Origin: Macrostomum hystrix
Lineage: Eukaryota; Animalia; Platyhelminthes
Reading direction: 5' to 3'
Assembly (NCBI GenBank): GCA_950097015.1
Contig: CATNEN010000038.1
Coordinates: 33,604,001-33,668,000 of the forward strand
Length of the DNA: 64,000 nucleotides
Each line of letters begins with the position of its first letter. Position 1 is the stretch's first letter. This document shows positions 50,521-62,400 of the stretch, piece after piece. The notes under the pieces are model-generated. The model had not been told where the DNA came from. It ran no database searches and worked only from the letters and a program-made list of their open reading frames with translations. Position numbers and translations under genes: made by a program.

Positions 50521-53500
50521 ATGGCTCTATCGAGGAGATTTCAGTTCTTTGAAACTAGTCCATTGCGAGACCCCGCCACTGGCGAACCGTTCAATGGTCT
50601 GGCCAACATTGACAGCATCTGTTGCTGGTCCTCCGGTCACGGCTTTTTGACTTTTGGCGACAAGAACGGCTTCGTACACCTAGTTGGTCGTCGATCCGGC
50701 TCACTGGCTGTTTTCACATTTCGAGCTTTCGACGACTCTACAAATCTGTTGCATCAGTTTGCTCAGCACGACATTCTCATCACTGTTGGCTTAGATCAGG
50801 ACTTTCAAGAGCAGCGCCTGAAAGTCTGGTGCCAGTTGGATAGGCCGGAGTCTGAGGGCGGGCCAGTGTGCTCCAGGGTGATGCGGATAGCCGTGGATCC
50901 TTCAACCTTATCCCAGCAGCAGCCGCAAATGCCGCCGCCGTTTCTCACCTGCCTGACTGCGCACGAGAATCTCAGCTGCATGCTACTCGGCTTCAGCACC
51001 GGTGTTGTGCAGCTGCACCGGGGCGACGTGAAGAAAGAGCGTCACAGCCGGTGTCGTGTCATCTTAGAAACCGATAGGCCAATCACTAATCTGCACTGCA
51101 AGGTTGTGCATGTGCTTTTGTTTGTTTACAAATGTTTTGCCTAAATCACTCTTTCCAATTTTTTACCTTTTAGGTGTCGGAAAATCGAGAAACTACGGTA
51201 TTCGCCACTACAGAGAAGGCCGTGTTCGCTTTGGTAGTAACGGCTAAAGATCACGTGACCAAGGTGTGCCTTGAATCCGGTTTCGGCGCCGCGCCCTGCT
51301 GCACCTGCCTGTCAGAGAGTGACCCGGATCCGCAGCTAGTCGTAGCTGATAGATCTGTAGCCTATTTCTACAATATGGACGGTCGTGGCGCTTGCACCGC
51401 CTTTGATATGGAAATTGAGCAGGTAAGCCTCTTTGCATATAAACTTATGCTGCCCTTCAAAACTGCTATTGGGCTAGCTTTTCAAATAGTATGGTTGACT
51501 AGCGGGATACCCCCTTAGGAAAATATTAACAAACAACAGAAATATGTTTATAATATACTATTTAACTGAACACAAAAGTCAAATGCGCAAGGGTACAGTT
51601 ACATTTTTTCTTTCGATTTAATCTACAAGTCGTTTCATAGAATACACTTGCTGCCAAAATATGATTTTAAGTATAACTACGAGTATTTGTTATTTATATT
51701 AAAAAACAAGTAACTTATCGAAACCAAATATATTATTGCAGTCATTATTTCTAATTTTCCTACTTATTCCTTTATGATAAGTTTTAAAAGTCTCAATTCT
51801 CTTATTCATTCATCCTTTTCGCAATCTCAAAATAACTATAAAAAATAAGTATGGGCACTGCACACATGCATCAGTTCATGTGTTTGGAAATGTAATTAGG
51901 CATCTTTTAAATGGAACACCTATAAAAATCTAACTTATCAGTTTTTTTTTATATTCTTAGATGAACCCTCGCCTTAAATTGCCTATAAAAATGTTATGTG
52001 TATTACTAGATAGATATATATACAGTCAATTTTAAACAATAATTAGAAATTAGAAATCAGAAGCGCTAGATCTTTATTGTACCTTGGCGGTCCTAAAACA
52101 TTTCTAGACGTACTCCGAGTCCCTAATCCCCAAAAAATAAAATAGTAAGTTTTAAATTAGTATATCGAAGTAGCATATCTAGCCCATTGCCCCTATCCCG
52201 TCTAATATGCTTTATATTCAGGAGACTATTAAAGATTATAAACCCACCGTAAGTTGATGTCAATTACATCGTTTCCGTCTAAAGCTCACCTGTAACATTT
52301 TAGTTTCAGTTTAGTAATATAGAACTAGCAATTTTCGCTCCCATCATTATAATAATAATTTTAGTATAAAAATATTAAACAATATAATGTACCCACCGTA
52401 AGTAGTTGTCTATTACATCGTTTCTAGTAAATCTAAAGCTCACTCAAAATATTTAATCAACAAGTATTTTAGATTAGTATATAGAACTAGCAATTTTGCC
52501 CCCATCATCTTTATTCTCAGTCTAGTATAACACGTCGTAGTCAACTAGCTTTATATTACACAGCCTTATATCCTTTTCTCTAGCTCCGTTGGTTTCGCAG
52601 CTATCTAGTAGCCCTAGGCAAGCGCGGACAAGGGGCACCAGTTGGTAGTCAACAACAGAAGCAACAGCAGCAACAGCAGCAGCAGACAATGTCCAACGTT
52701 CTGAAGGACACTCACATGCTGACTGTATACGAGCCGAGGCACAAATTCGCCGCCATGTACAATCCATTTAGAGGCGGAGTTCGCGCCGTCCTAGCGGAGT
52801 GGGGCTCGCTGTTGTTGCTAACTGGCGCAGATCGACGGCTTCACTGTCTAACGGAGAAGGACGCGGCCTCTAAAATGGGCATCCTATTTAAAAAGAACAA
52901 TTTCCGATTGGCCATTGATCTTGCCGCCGCAATGCGCTACGACGCTGACGGCATGGCCGAAATCTATAGACAGTATGCTGACTATCTCTATCAGAAGGGC
53001 GACTATGACGGTGCTATACCGGAGTATTGCCGCACTATCGGCTACCTGGAGGCGTCCTATGTTATCAGGAAATTCTTAGACTCCTCTAGGATACACAATT
53101 TAACAGCCTATCTGGAAGCGGTGCACCGGGCTAGGCTAGCTAGCGAGGACCACACCACACTGCTGCTCAACTGCTACAGTAAGCTCAAGGATGAGGCAAA
53201 GCTGACTGCTTTCTTGGAGTCTGCCGACACAGCCTTTGACGCTGATACTGCTATTCGAGTGAGAGTCTTTTTAGTAACTAAATCATTTATGGATATGTAA
53301 CACAAATGAATGTAATTGTGTAATAGCTTATTGCGCAACATGTAAACTATTCAAGATAAAAATTATATCAGCCAATCAAGTCGACGGTAGGGTACGGAAA
53401 CTAATCTATTATCACACAAACAATCATAATGGCAGATAACAGCCAATCATATTGGCAGATAACAACCAATCATATTGGCAGATAGCAGCCAAGCATAATG

Positions 53501-56500
53501 ACAGATAACAGCCAATCATAATGGCCAGATAACAGCCAATCATAATGGCAGATAACAGCCAATCATAATGGCAGATAACAACCAATCATATTGGCAGATA
53601 GCAGCCAAGCATAATGACAGATAACAGCCAATCATAATGGCAGATAACAGCCAATCACAATGAAAGATAACAGCCAATCATAATTGCTGAAAACAGCCAA
53701 TCACAATCGATAGAATAGCAACCGATAAAAACTTGTTAAAAACTGCCAATCAGATCAGGATGTACCTGACCATCACAATGATGTAAATTAGATAAATGAT
53801 CAGGATGTGTAGACAACAGTGAATCTAAGCAGGTAACCAAAGGGATAACATTGCCTTTTAAACACTGCCCCGTGCACCAGGTACTCCGTCAGGCGGGCTT
53901 CGGTAAGCAGGCCCTAGCTCTAGCTGATCGCTTTGGCAAGCACGAATGGCACCTGAAGATTCAATTGTGCGATTTGGCCCAGCACTCGGCCGCGCTGGCT
54001 TACATGTCCGGCCTGCCAGCTACTGAGGCTATGCATAATATGCGACTCTATGGCCGAGAGCTGCTGGCCGCCTGTCCTGCTGAAACAACCGAGCTGCTCA
54101 AGAAACTCGTTGGCAGTCCGGAGGTAAAATACTCCTACTTCTGACTGAGAGGTCGGGGGTTCGAATTTTAACTCAAGGGAAGCTATTTGTATCCTTAGCT
54201 CTAGACAGTAAGTCTATATATGAGTTTTAGCCGAGTGTTTAGTGCGTTTTAAGACTAATGACATGAAGGTCAGGGATTCGATTCCTGACTCCGCTAGAAC
54301 AATCTGTGTCCATTAGAAAGCTGTAAGCTAAGCTCTAATTTTACTATTTTAATGCCACCCAGGTCTCTGTCGGAGTGGACGAATTGGCTCCCATTTTTGT
54401 GGGTAACCCGCACGATCTGATCGCCATCCTTGAGCACTGCCTCGCGCTGCTAGGCTCGCCCACGGCCAGGCCTCAGCTCACCCAGACACTGCTAGAATTG
54501 TACATTCAAAGCCTGGCCGAGGTAGTCCCGCCCGGGCCAGATAAAAAGCAGCAGAAGCTGTCTAAAGAGGAACGCGAGAAGCGAGCTCTGCAGCTATTGG
54601 AGACGGCATCCGATTGCTATGATAGCGACGCCTTCCTGCTTCGCTGCTACCTGAGCCAGTTCTGGCCTGGTGTTATGCTTCTGTGCGAACGCACCGGTCG
54701 CTACGACCTGCTTCTGCGTCACTACACTGAGCTTGGACAGCACGAGAGCCTGTACAAACTCTGCGAGACTGTCGGTCACCGGCATAAGGATCTGTGGCGA
54801 CAAGCGCTGCTCTACTTTGCCAGGTAATTTGCTCCGGTGTTTTCTGTCACTCTTCATAATGTTCCTGTCCCTTTTTGTCTCATCTCTCCCCTGTCTCATC
54901 CTTCCCCTGTCTTATCTCTCCCCTGCCCCATCTCTCCCCCGTCTATTCTCTCCCCTGTCTCATCTCTCCCGATGTCTCATCTCTCCCCTTTCTTATCTCT
55001 CATCTGTCTTATCTCTCCCATGTCTCATCCCTCCCCTGTCTTATCTCTCCTTTGTCTTATCTCTCCCCTGTCACATCTCTCCCCTGTCACATCTCTCCCC
55101 TGTCACATCTCTCCCCTGTCACATCTCTCCCCTGTCACATCTCTCCCCTGTCTCATCTCTTCCCTGTTTCATCTCTCGATCCTTGTTTCATCTCTCCCCT
55201 CTCAAACCTCTCCCCTGTCACATCTCTCCCCTCTCTAACCTCTCCCCTGTCTTATCTCTCCCATGTCTCATCCCTCCCCTGTCTTATCTCTCCTTTGTCT
55301 TATCTCTCCCCTGTCACATCTCTCCCCTGTCACATCTCTCCCCTGTCACATCTCTCCCCTGTCACATCTCTCCCCTGTCTCATCTCTTCCCTGTTTCATC
55401 TCTTGATCCTTGTTTCATCTCTCCCCTCTCTAACCTCTCCCCTGTCACATCTCTCCCCTCTCTAACCTCTCCCCTGTCTCATCTCTCCCGATGTCTCATC
55501 TCTCCCCTTTCTTATCTCTTATCTGTCTTATCTCTCCCATGTCTCATCCCTCCCCTGTCTTATCTCTCTTTTGTCTTATCTCTCCCCTGTCTCATCTCTC
55601 CCGATGTCTCATCTCTCCCCTTTCTTATCTCTTATCTGTCTTATCTCTCCCATGTCTCATCCCTCCCCTGTCTTATCTCTCCTTTGTCTTATCTCTCCCC
55701 TGTCTCATCTCTCCCGATGTCTCATCTCTCCCCTGTCTCATCTCTCCCCTGTCTTATCTCTCTCCTGTCTTATCTCTCTCCTGTCTTATCTCTCCTTTGT
55801 CTTATCTCTCCCAGTCTCATCTCTCCCATGTCTATTCTCTCCCATGTCTATTCTCTCCCATGTCTATTCTCTCCCATGTCTTATCCCTCCCAGTCTCATC
55901 TCTCCCCTGCGTTTCCAACTCCCTCTAAATATGTAACTTTCTTTCCTTCTGCTAATCTATCTTTACTAGGTCTTCTGTTCTCTATTAGCTTTCAAATGAT
56001 ATCTTTCATTATTTGTCAGCCGCAGTTTAAATAGCTAGTTGCAATCCACTCCCCCCCCAACTGAATCAGGTCCGATAAGCCAGACGCTCAGCAGTACCTG
56101 GCCAGGGTGCTGCAGTACATGCGCAGCACTGGCCTAATGTCGCCGCTGGCCATTGTTAGCCTATTGTGCGCGCATACCCAGGCCACGATTGGCGCTGTCT
56201 CCGAATTCCTAGTCGGTCATCTGCGCGACGAAGCCGCCCAGGCTGAAGCTGACGAGCTCGTCGTGGAGCAGGCGCGTTCCCGAACGCAGGCAATTCAGCG
56301 CCAGATGGAGGAGCTACAGATGCAGCCGAAAGTGTTTCAAAATCAGCGCTGCAGCATCTGTCACTCCCAGTTGGACATACCGTCTGTGCACTTCCTGTGC
56401 GATCACAGTTTTCATTTGCACTGTTTTCAAAGCTTCAGCGAGACTGAAACAGAGTGTCCGAATTGCTCGGCGGAGAATCGCGAAGCACTGGAGGCTGTCT

Positions 56501-56502
56501 CG
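50521..56502 (+). CDS. VPS11: Vacuolar protein sorting 11 (HOPS/CORVET core), 3'-incomplete; exons 50521-51102, 51174-51422, 52584-53258, 53881-54123, 54363-54823, 56070-56502
   Basis: N-terminal RRFQFF, LRWFRSYLV, EWGSL, LFKKNNF, YADYLYQKGDYDGAI.EY.RTIGYLEASYVIRKFLDSSRIHNLTAYLE, DHTTLLLNCY, and RING-H2 CSIC..LDIPSVHFLCDHSFHLHC..CPNC. There is a donor at 56503, and the terminal exon was not found in the window. Confidence 0.95.
51499..52014 (-). mobile_element. Possible short non-autonomous Helitron in VPS11 intron 2
   Basis: Minus strand A|TCTATCTAG start and CTAG|T end; the hairpin is degenerate. Confidence 0.35.
53420..53705. repeat. 23-bp intronic minisatellite (GCAGATAACAGCCAATCATAATG)n
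   Basis: Seen directly. Confidence 0.9.
54875..55910. repeat. Pyrimidine-rich intronic minisatellite (TGTCTCATCTCTCCCC family)
   Basis: Seen directly; source of the spurious ORFs at 54670-56034. Confidence 0.92.
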
Positions 56503-56654
56503 GTAATTGCTACGATTCGTTTTCTTATCTTTCTATGTTTCTTGTTTCTTAAGTAGAATTTAACCTCTTTAAGTGTAGAACTTTCCTCAGATTCAGTATA
56601 AAAGCTTTCCACCACTTAGATGTTAAGTTTTGTTTTGCTTAAAGCCTCGAGAAG

Positions 56655-56886
56655 TATCCATTTTATCTATGGAATTTTCCACTGTTTTATCTATGGGAAT
56701 TTCCACTGTTCCATTTATAGAAATTCCTACTGTTTTATCTATGGGAATTTCCGCTGTTCCATTTATAGAAATTCCTACTGTTTTATCCAAGGACAACTTA
56801 ATAACTCCTGTTCGAGTTATTAAGTTGTCCTTGGTTTTATCTAAGGAAATTTCCGCATTTTATCTATAGAATTTTCCACTGTTTTA
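56655..56886. repeat. ~24-bp intronic minisatellite (TTTTATCTATGGAATTTTCCACTG), cut off at 56886
   Basis: Seen directly; it ends mid-unit at CCACTGTTTTA. Confidence 0.8.
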
Positions 56887-57019
56887 CCCGGTTGCCAAAA
56901 AAAGTTGAATGGGCCACATTTTTTGGCCCACTAGTGGGCCAAAGTTTGGTTCTGAGCGGCCCACAGAAAGCCCACATTGACCCACGCTGACCCAGAAAGT
57001 GTTTAATGGCAGACACCGG

Positions 57020-57706
57020 GTCACACGGCGGCTCATACGGAGGCCCGTACAGGCCCGTACACGGCGGCCCACACAGGCCCATAAACGGCGGCCCTTACAG
57101 GCCCATACACGGCGGCCCATACAGGCCCGTACACGGCGGCCCATACAGGCCCATACACGGCGGCCCATTTTGGCTTGTATACACTGGCCCTTGATGGCCC
57201 ATATTGGCCCACAAATACTGCCACATATACCGGCCCACATTGGCCCACACATACTGGCCCATATTGGCCCACATATACTGCCACATATACTGGCCCATAT
57301 TGGCCCACATATACTGGCCCATATTGGCCCACATATGCTGCCACATATACTGGCCCATATTGGCCCACATATACTGGCCCATATTGGCCCACATATGCTG
57401 GCCCATATTGGCCCACATATACTGGCCCATATTGGCCCACATACGCTGGTTCATATTGGCCCACATATACTGGCCCATATTGGCCCACATATGCTGGCCC
57501 ATATTGGCTCACATATACTGGCCCATATTGGCCCACATATACTGGCCCATATTGGCCCACATATACTGACCCATATACTGGCCCATATTGGCCCACATAT
57601 ACTGGCCCATATTGGCCCACATATGCTGCCACATATACTGGCCCATATTGGCCCACATATACTGGCCCATATTGGCCCACATATGCTGCCACATATACTG
57701 GCCCCT
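57020..57706. repeat. Subterminal GGCCC-rich tandem array (ACACGGCGGCCCATACAGGCCCGT, then GGCCCATATTGGCCCACATATACT)
   Basis: Seen directly; ~24-bp units. Confidence 0.92.
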
Positions 57707-59490
57707 ATAGGTAGGCGAATGACGTTTTTTTGGAAATCTGACGTCCTGGCTGCGTAACTTGACGTCATATTTCATAATTTTCGCAATAGCGTCAGATTTT
57801 GCATCAGAATTGCGTCAGATTTTGCGTGATGAAATCTGACGCGTCATGAAATTGAATAAAAAGTAAGTTAAAATGATTGTTTTGATATGCGCTAGAATTT
57901 AGTACAGTATTAAGTTCCTATAAGTAAATACAGCCACGTTATTCAGGGTGAGAAATGTGACGCGTGCAATGAAAAATGACGCGAGTTACGCTGAATGACT
58001 CGAAAATTAAAACAAAATCACGCGCAATTTTAAATCGCCAATTGTTGCGACTTGCGAAGCTGTTGCAAATATTATTGTGTTATTTGAAACTAGTTGTTCG
58101 TTTGTTGGACTACAAAATGTACAGTGCGCTAAGAAGCTTTAGAATTTGAGGAGATCAAGTTTTAATTGATTTTGCAATTTATTTGAATGACACTAAATAT
58201 TATAGATAGTATGTATAAATTAATACATACCTGTGCTGTATATTCCTGTATACTCATACTGTCAAATGTGTTGAGCCAATGTAATTAAGAGATAAATATT
58301 TACTCTTTATTTACTAAATGGAAACTCAATTATCCAAGATTGATTTGTAGGCAGGCGTTTGGTCACATGCCAATCTATTTTACTGTAGGCCTACTTTTGT
58401 ATGTTAGGCCTATGTATGCCATGTCTATGCTATTGTAAAGTGAAGTATTATATCTGCAAAGCCAAAGATTTATTATGTTTAAGTCTAACTAGGTAGCTAT
58501 ATAGTAAGATGGTCAAAGCTTATCTTATATTCTTATATTATCCATCTTGTATTATTGATGTTGAGATAATAAATATAAGAATAAGTGATATAAGATATTG
58601 ACCATCTTATAGGCTATTAAGATAGTCAACATTATCCTAACTATTGACTAATACTAAACTCAATATCTGTATCCTATGGCAACATAGTATATAATTACTA
58701 GAGATGGAATGAATAGTTTATGAAAATGAATACAAAAAATGGAATATTTAGGTTCATATTTTCCAAATACAATACAAATACAAATATGAAATAGTATCAC
58801 TGTCAACTGTCAACAATTATATACAATAACTCATTTATATAATACTCATATCATATACTATATCACCTATTATGCTAGCAAACTGCTTTGTGAAAAGTTT
58901 AGGTATAGCCTAAATATATAAGACATAGAGATATAGCACAAAAATACTTATATCATGCTACTGATTATATAATCATATGATCAGTTACAACATGTCAATG
59001 CTATTTTCCACTCTAGTCTCAACATGCCTTATAGTCTTGTACACCTAAGTGACCCAACTAAATTCCTTTCTTTTGGGATAATTCACCATGTGAACTATTC
59101 ATTTTTGTTAAAACAGATATCTTACATAATTCCTAATACTAAATATAGATACAAATTGGAAAAATAGGCAGATATCAGAATACTGGAATATAGAATATCA
59201 AATATTTGTTCCATCTTTGATAATTACTCTGTTATATCTCTTTTTTGTATTCCATTTGTGACTTAGTTTTTAGATTATATTAAATTTTCATCTAGATAAA
59301 TTATAGAATGCTTCTAAAAATATTGCCCAACTTTGCTCAACATAAATCCCTAAACTTTTTGTTAGGCCTTTGTTTAAAGCTTAATTTTAATAAAGATTTA
59401 CAGTATTTGTTAAATATAGGGTCTTTATATAGTAAATAAATATATATATATATAGCTTGCTTAAAAATATACATTTTCAGGTTGACTTCT

Positions 59491-62400
59491 ATGTTGGCTG
59501 CTGGTAATAGCCAGCATGCTCCACAGTCCAGTGAGCCTACCACTGGGACTTGTGTGCCTCAACTTCCAAGCAAATTGATTTCTTTGTCAGATGCAAGCAT
59601 TGGTATTGGCCAGCATGCTCCACAGTCCAGTGAGCCAACCACTGGTTCTTGTGTGCCTCAAGTTCCAAGCAAATTAAGTTCTTTGTCAGATGCAAGCATT
59701 GGTATTGGCCAGCATGCTCCACAGTCCAGTGAGCCTACCACTGGTTCTTGTGTGCCTCAACTTCCAAGCAAATTGATTTCTTTGTCAGATGCAAGCATTG
59801 GTATTGGCCAGCATGCTCCACAGTCCAGTGAGCCTACCACTGGGACTTGTGTGCCTCAACTTCCAAGCAAATTGATTTCTTTGTCAGATGCAAGCATTGG
59901 TATTGGCCAGCATGCTCCACAGTCCAGTGAGCCTACCACTGGTTCTTGTGTGCCTCAACTTCCAAGCAAATTAAGTTCTTTGTCAGATGCAAGCATTGGT
60001 ATTGGCCAGCATGCTCCACAGTCCAGTGAGCCTACCACTGGGACTTGTGTGCCTCAACTTCCAAGCAAATTGATTTCTTTGTCAGATGCAAGCATTGGTA
60101 TTGGCCAGCATGCTCCACAGTCCAGTGAGCCTACTACTGGGACTTGTGTGCCTCAACTTCCAAGCAAATTAAGTTCTTTGTCAGATGCAAGCATTGGTAT
60201 TGGCCAGCATGCTCCACAGTCCAGTGAGCCTACTACTGGGACTTGTGTGCCTCAACTTCCAAGCAAATTAAGTTCTTTGTCAGATGCAAGCATTGGTATT
60301 GGCCAGCATGCTCCACAGTCCAGTGAGCCTACTACTGGGACTTGTGTGCCTCAACTTCCAAGCAAATTAAGTTCTTTGTCAGATGCAAGCATTGGTATTG
60401 GCCAGCATGCTCCAGAGTCCAGTGAGCTAACCACTGGTTCTTGTGTGCCTCAAGTTCCAAGCAAATTAAGTTCTTTGTCAGATGCAAGCATTGATATTGG
60501 CCAGCATGCTCCACAGTCCAGTGAGCCAACCACTGGTTCTTGTGTGCCTCAACTTCCAAGCAAATTAAGTTCTTTGTCAGATGCAAGCATTGGTATTGGC
60601 CAGCATGCTCCACAGTCCAGTGAGCCTACCACTGGGACTTGTGTGCCTCAACTTCCAAGCAAATTAAGTTCTTTGTCAGATGCAAGCATTGGTATTGGCC
60701 AGCATGCTCCACAGTCCAGTGAGCCTACCACTGGTTCTTGTGTGCCTCAAGTTCCAAGCAAATTAAGTTCTTTGTCAGATGCAAGCATTGATATTGGCCA
60801 GCATGCTCCACAGTCCAGTGAGCCTACCACTGGTTCTTGTGTGCCTCAACTTCCAAGCAAATTAAGTTCTTTGTCAGATGCAAGCATTGGTATTGGCCAG
60901 CATGCTCCACAGTCCAGTGAGCCTACATTTAATGAGAATGACCTGCTTATTTCAAAGTTTCAAGGCAAAATTCATCAGGATTCACTTGCACAGGCTTCAG
61001 ATGCATTAGCAATTGACTTGCTCAATGAACTTAATTCTGCTTGCTATGTCTTGGGCACACATGCAGGCTCAGCATCTGATTGTTCCATCGCCACAAACAA
61101 TGGAGCTGATGAAAATTTTCTTTCCATGCTAGAAAGTGCCAATGAATGTCTGGCTGGTCATGTTGAATCTGCAAGTGAAGAACCTGACTTACATCAGGTT
61201 CCAGTTTTATCCGATCTAAATGGCTCTTCTAATCGCGGTTGCAGTTATGTGTGCTACTTGGATCCAAATCATATTATCAACCAATCAAGAATTGCTGAAC
61301 ATTTTGAAAGGCACCACTTTGGAGAAAACATGATAAAGAGTAGTAGTGAAATTCGCCAAGAGCTATATCGGCACAACAAAGTTTTCATTCAGTCTGCTTC
61401 AATGGCTACATCAAAAATGGCACATGTGGTTGAAGAGCCAGTTAAGCAAGCTCGTGAAAGGCAAGGAAGTGATTTCATTTGCCCCTTTGATCAGTCGCAT
61501 CGAATTTCAAAGTCTCGGTTTACTGAACATTTTCAACGTCGCCATATGGGTGAATTTGTTCCAAGTGAGCGAAAGAAGGCCATTGAGTTGGCTAAAGCGT
61601 TGACCAGTGAGCAAGCAGAAGCTCCAAGCTCATCAAATGGCGACTGTCCACTTTGCCATCTACCATTTGCTTATATGGTAAGCCATCTTCGATTTTGGCA
61701 TGAACTCCAAATCTCAGATGCACACGAATTGCTAAAAGAAGAAAAGAAAAAAGTAGTCATTAAGCAAGTCCAAGAAAGTTGGGAAGAAAAAGCTAAGAAA
61801 AAAGAAGCCCTGAAGCCTGTAACTGTCAAGCCAACTAGCACGCCAGCCACTGTGCCAACTTTAACAGACTTTGAAGCAAACTTACGAACTTATTTAGGTA
61901 CGAAGAAGGCTGAAAGCACATCCCAGCAGATGAGACAAGCTTTGCGTGCTATCATGAACTATATCCAGACTGACAACCTAATAGATGTTATCACTGAATC
62001 AAATCGAAGTGCTATTACTGCTTTCTTGACTGAGAAGAGTGATAAATTTGCTGATGCATGCAAGCCATATGTTGCGGCATTAGTTCGTCTGGGCGAGTAT
62101 TTAAAGACGAAGTTCAATAAACTAATTACTGAATTGGAACTGACTGCCGAATTGGACTCTTTTAAAATAGCTAGCGCTTGCTATGGAAAGTCTCGTAACC
62201 AAGACAAAAAGCGTGCAGAAATAGCTCGACGGCTCAAATTAGATCGATTCATACTTCATTCAGATGAACTCCAGGCAGTATTTAATGTGATACAAGAGTT
62301 TAAAGCCAAAGCTGAGGACGATCTTGACTCTGAAGAGTGTGTAATATTTCTAGGCTTGAATTTTACCATTTCTCCACAAGGCGCAAATCGTCCTGATGTA

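Noticed and set aside
54140-54296. Two tRNA-like segments in a VPS11 intron
   Set aside because: Only B-box or T-arm similarity, with no complete cloverleaf; probably decayed SINE heads.
49359-56034. ORFs 49359-50117 (-) and 54670-56034 (+)
   Set aside because: Both are minisatellite read-throughs; the second overlaps a VPS11 exon in another frame.
56884-57775. Repetitive proteins (HILAHIGP, TGPYWPTY, VGQYGPVY)
   Set aside because: The region is open in all six frames because the 24-bp subterminal repeat lacks stops; a non-coding interpretation is simpler.
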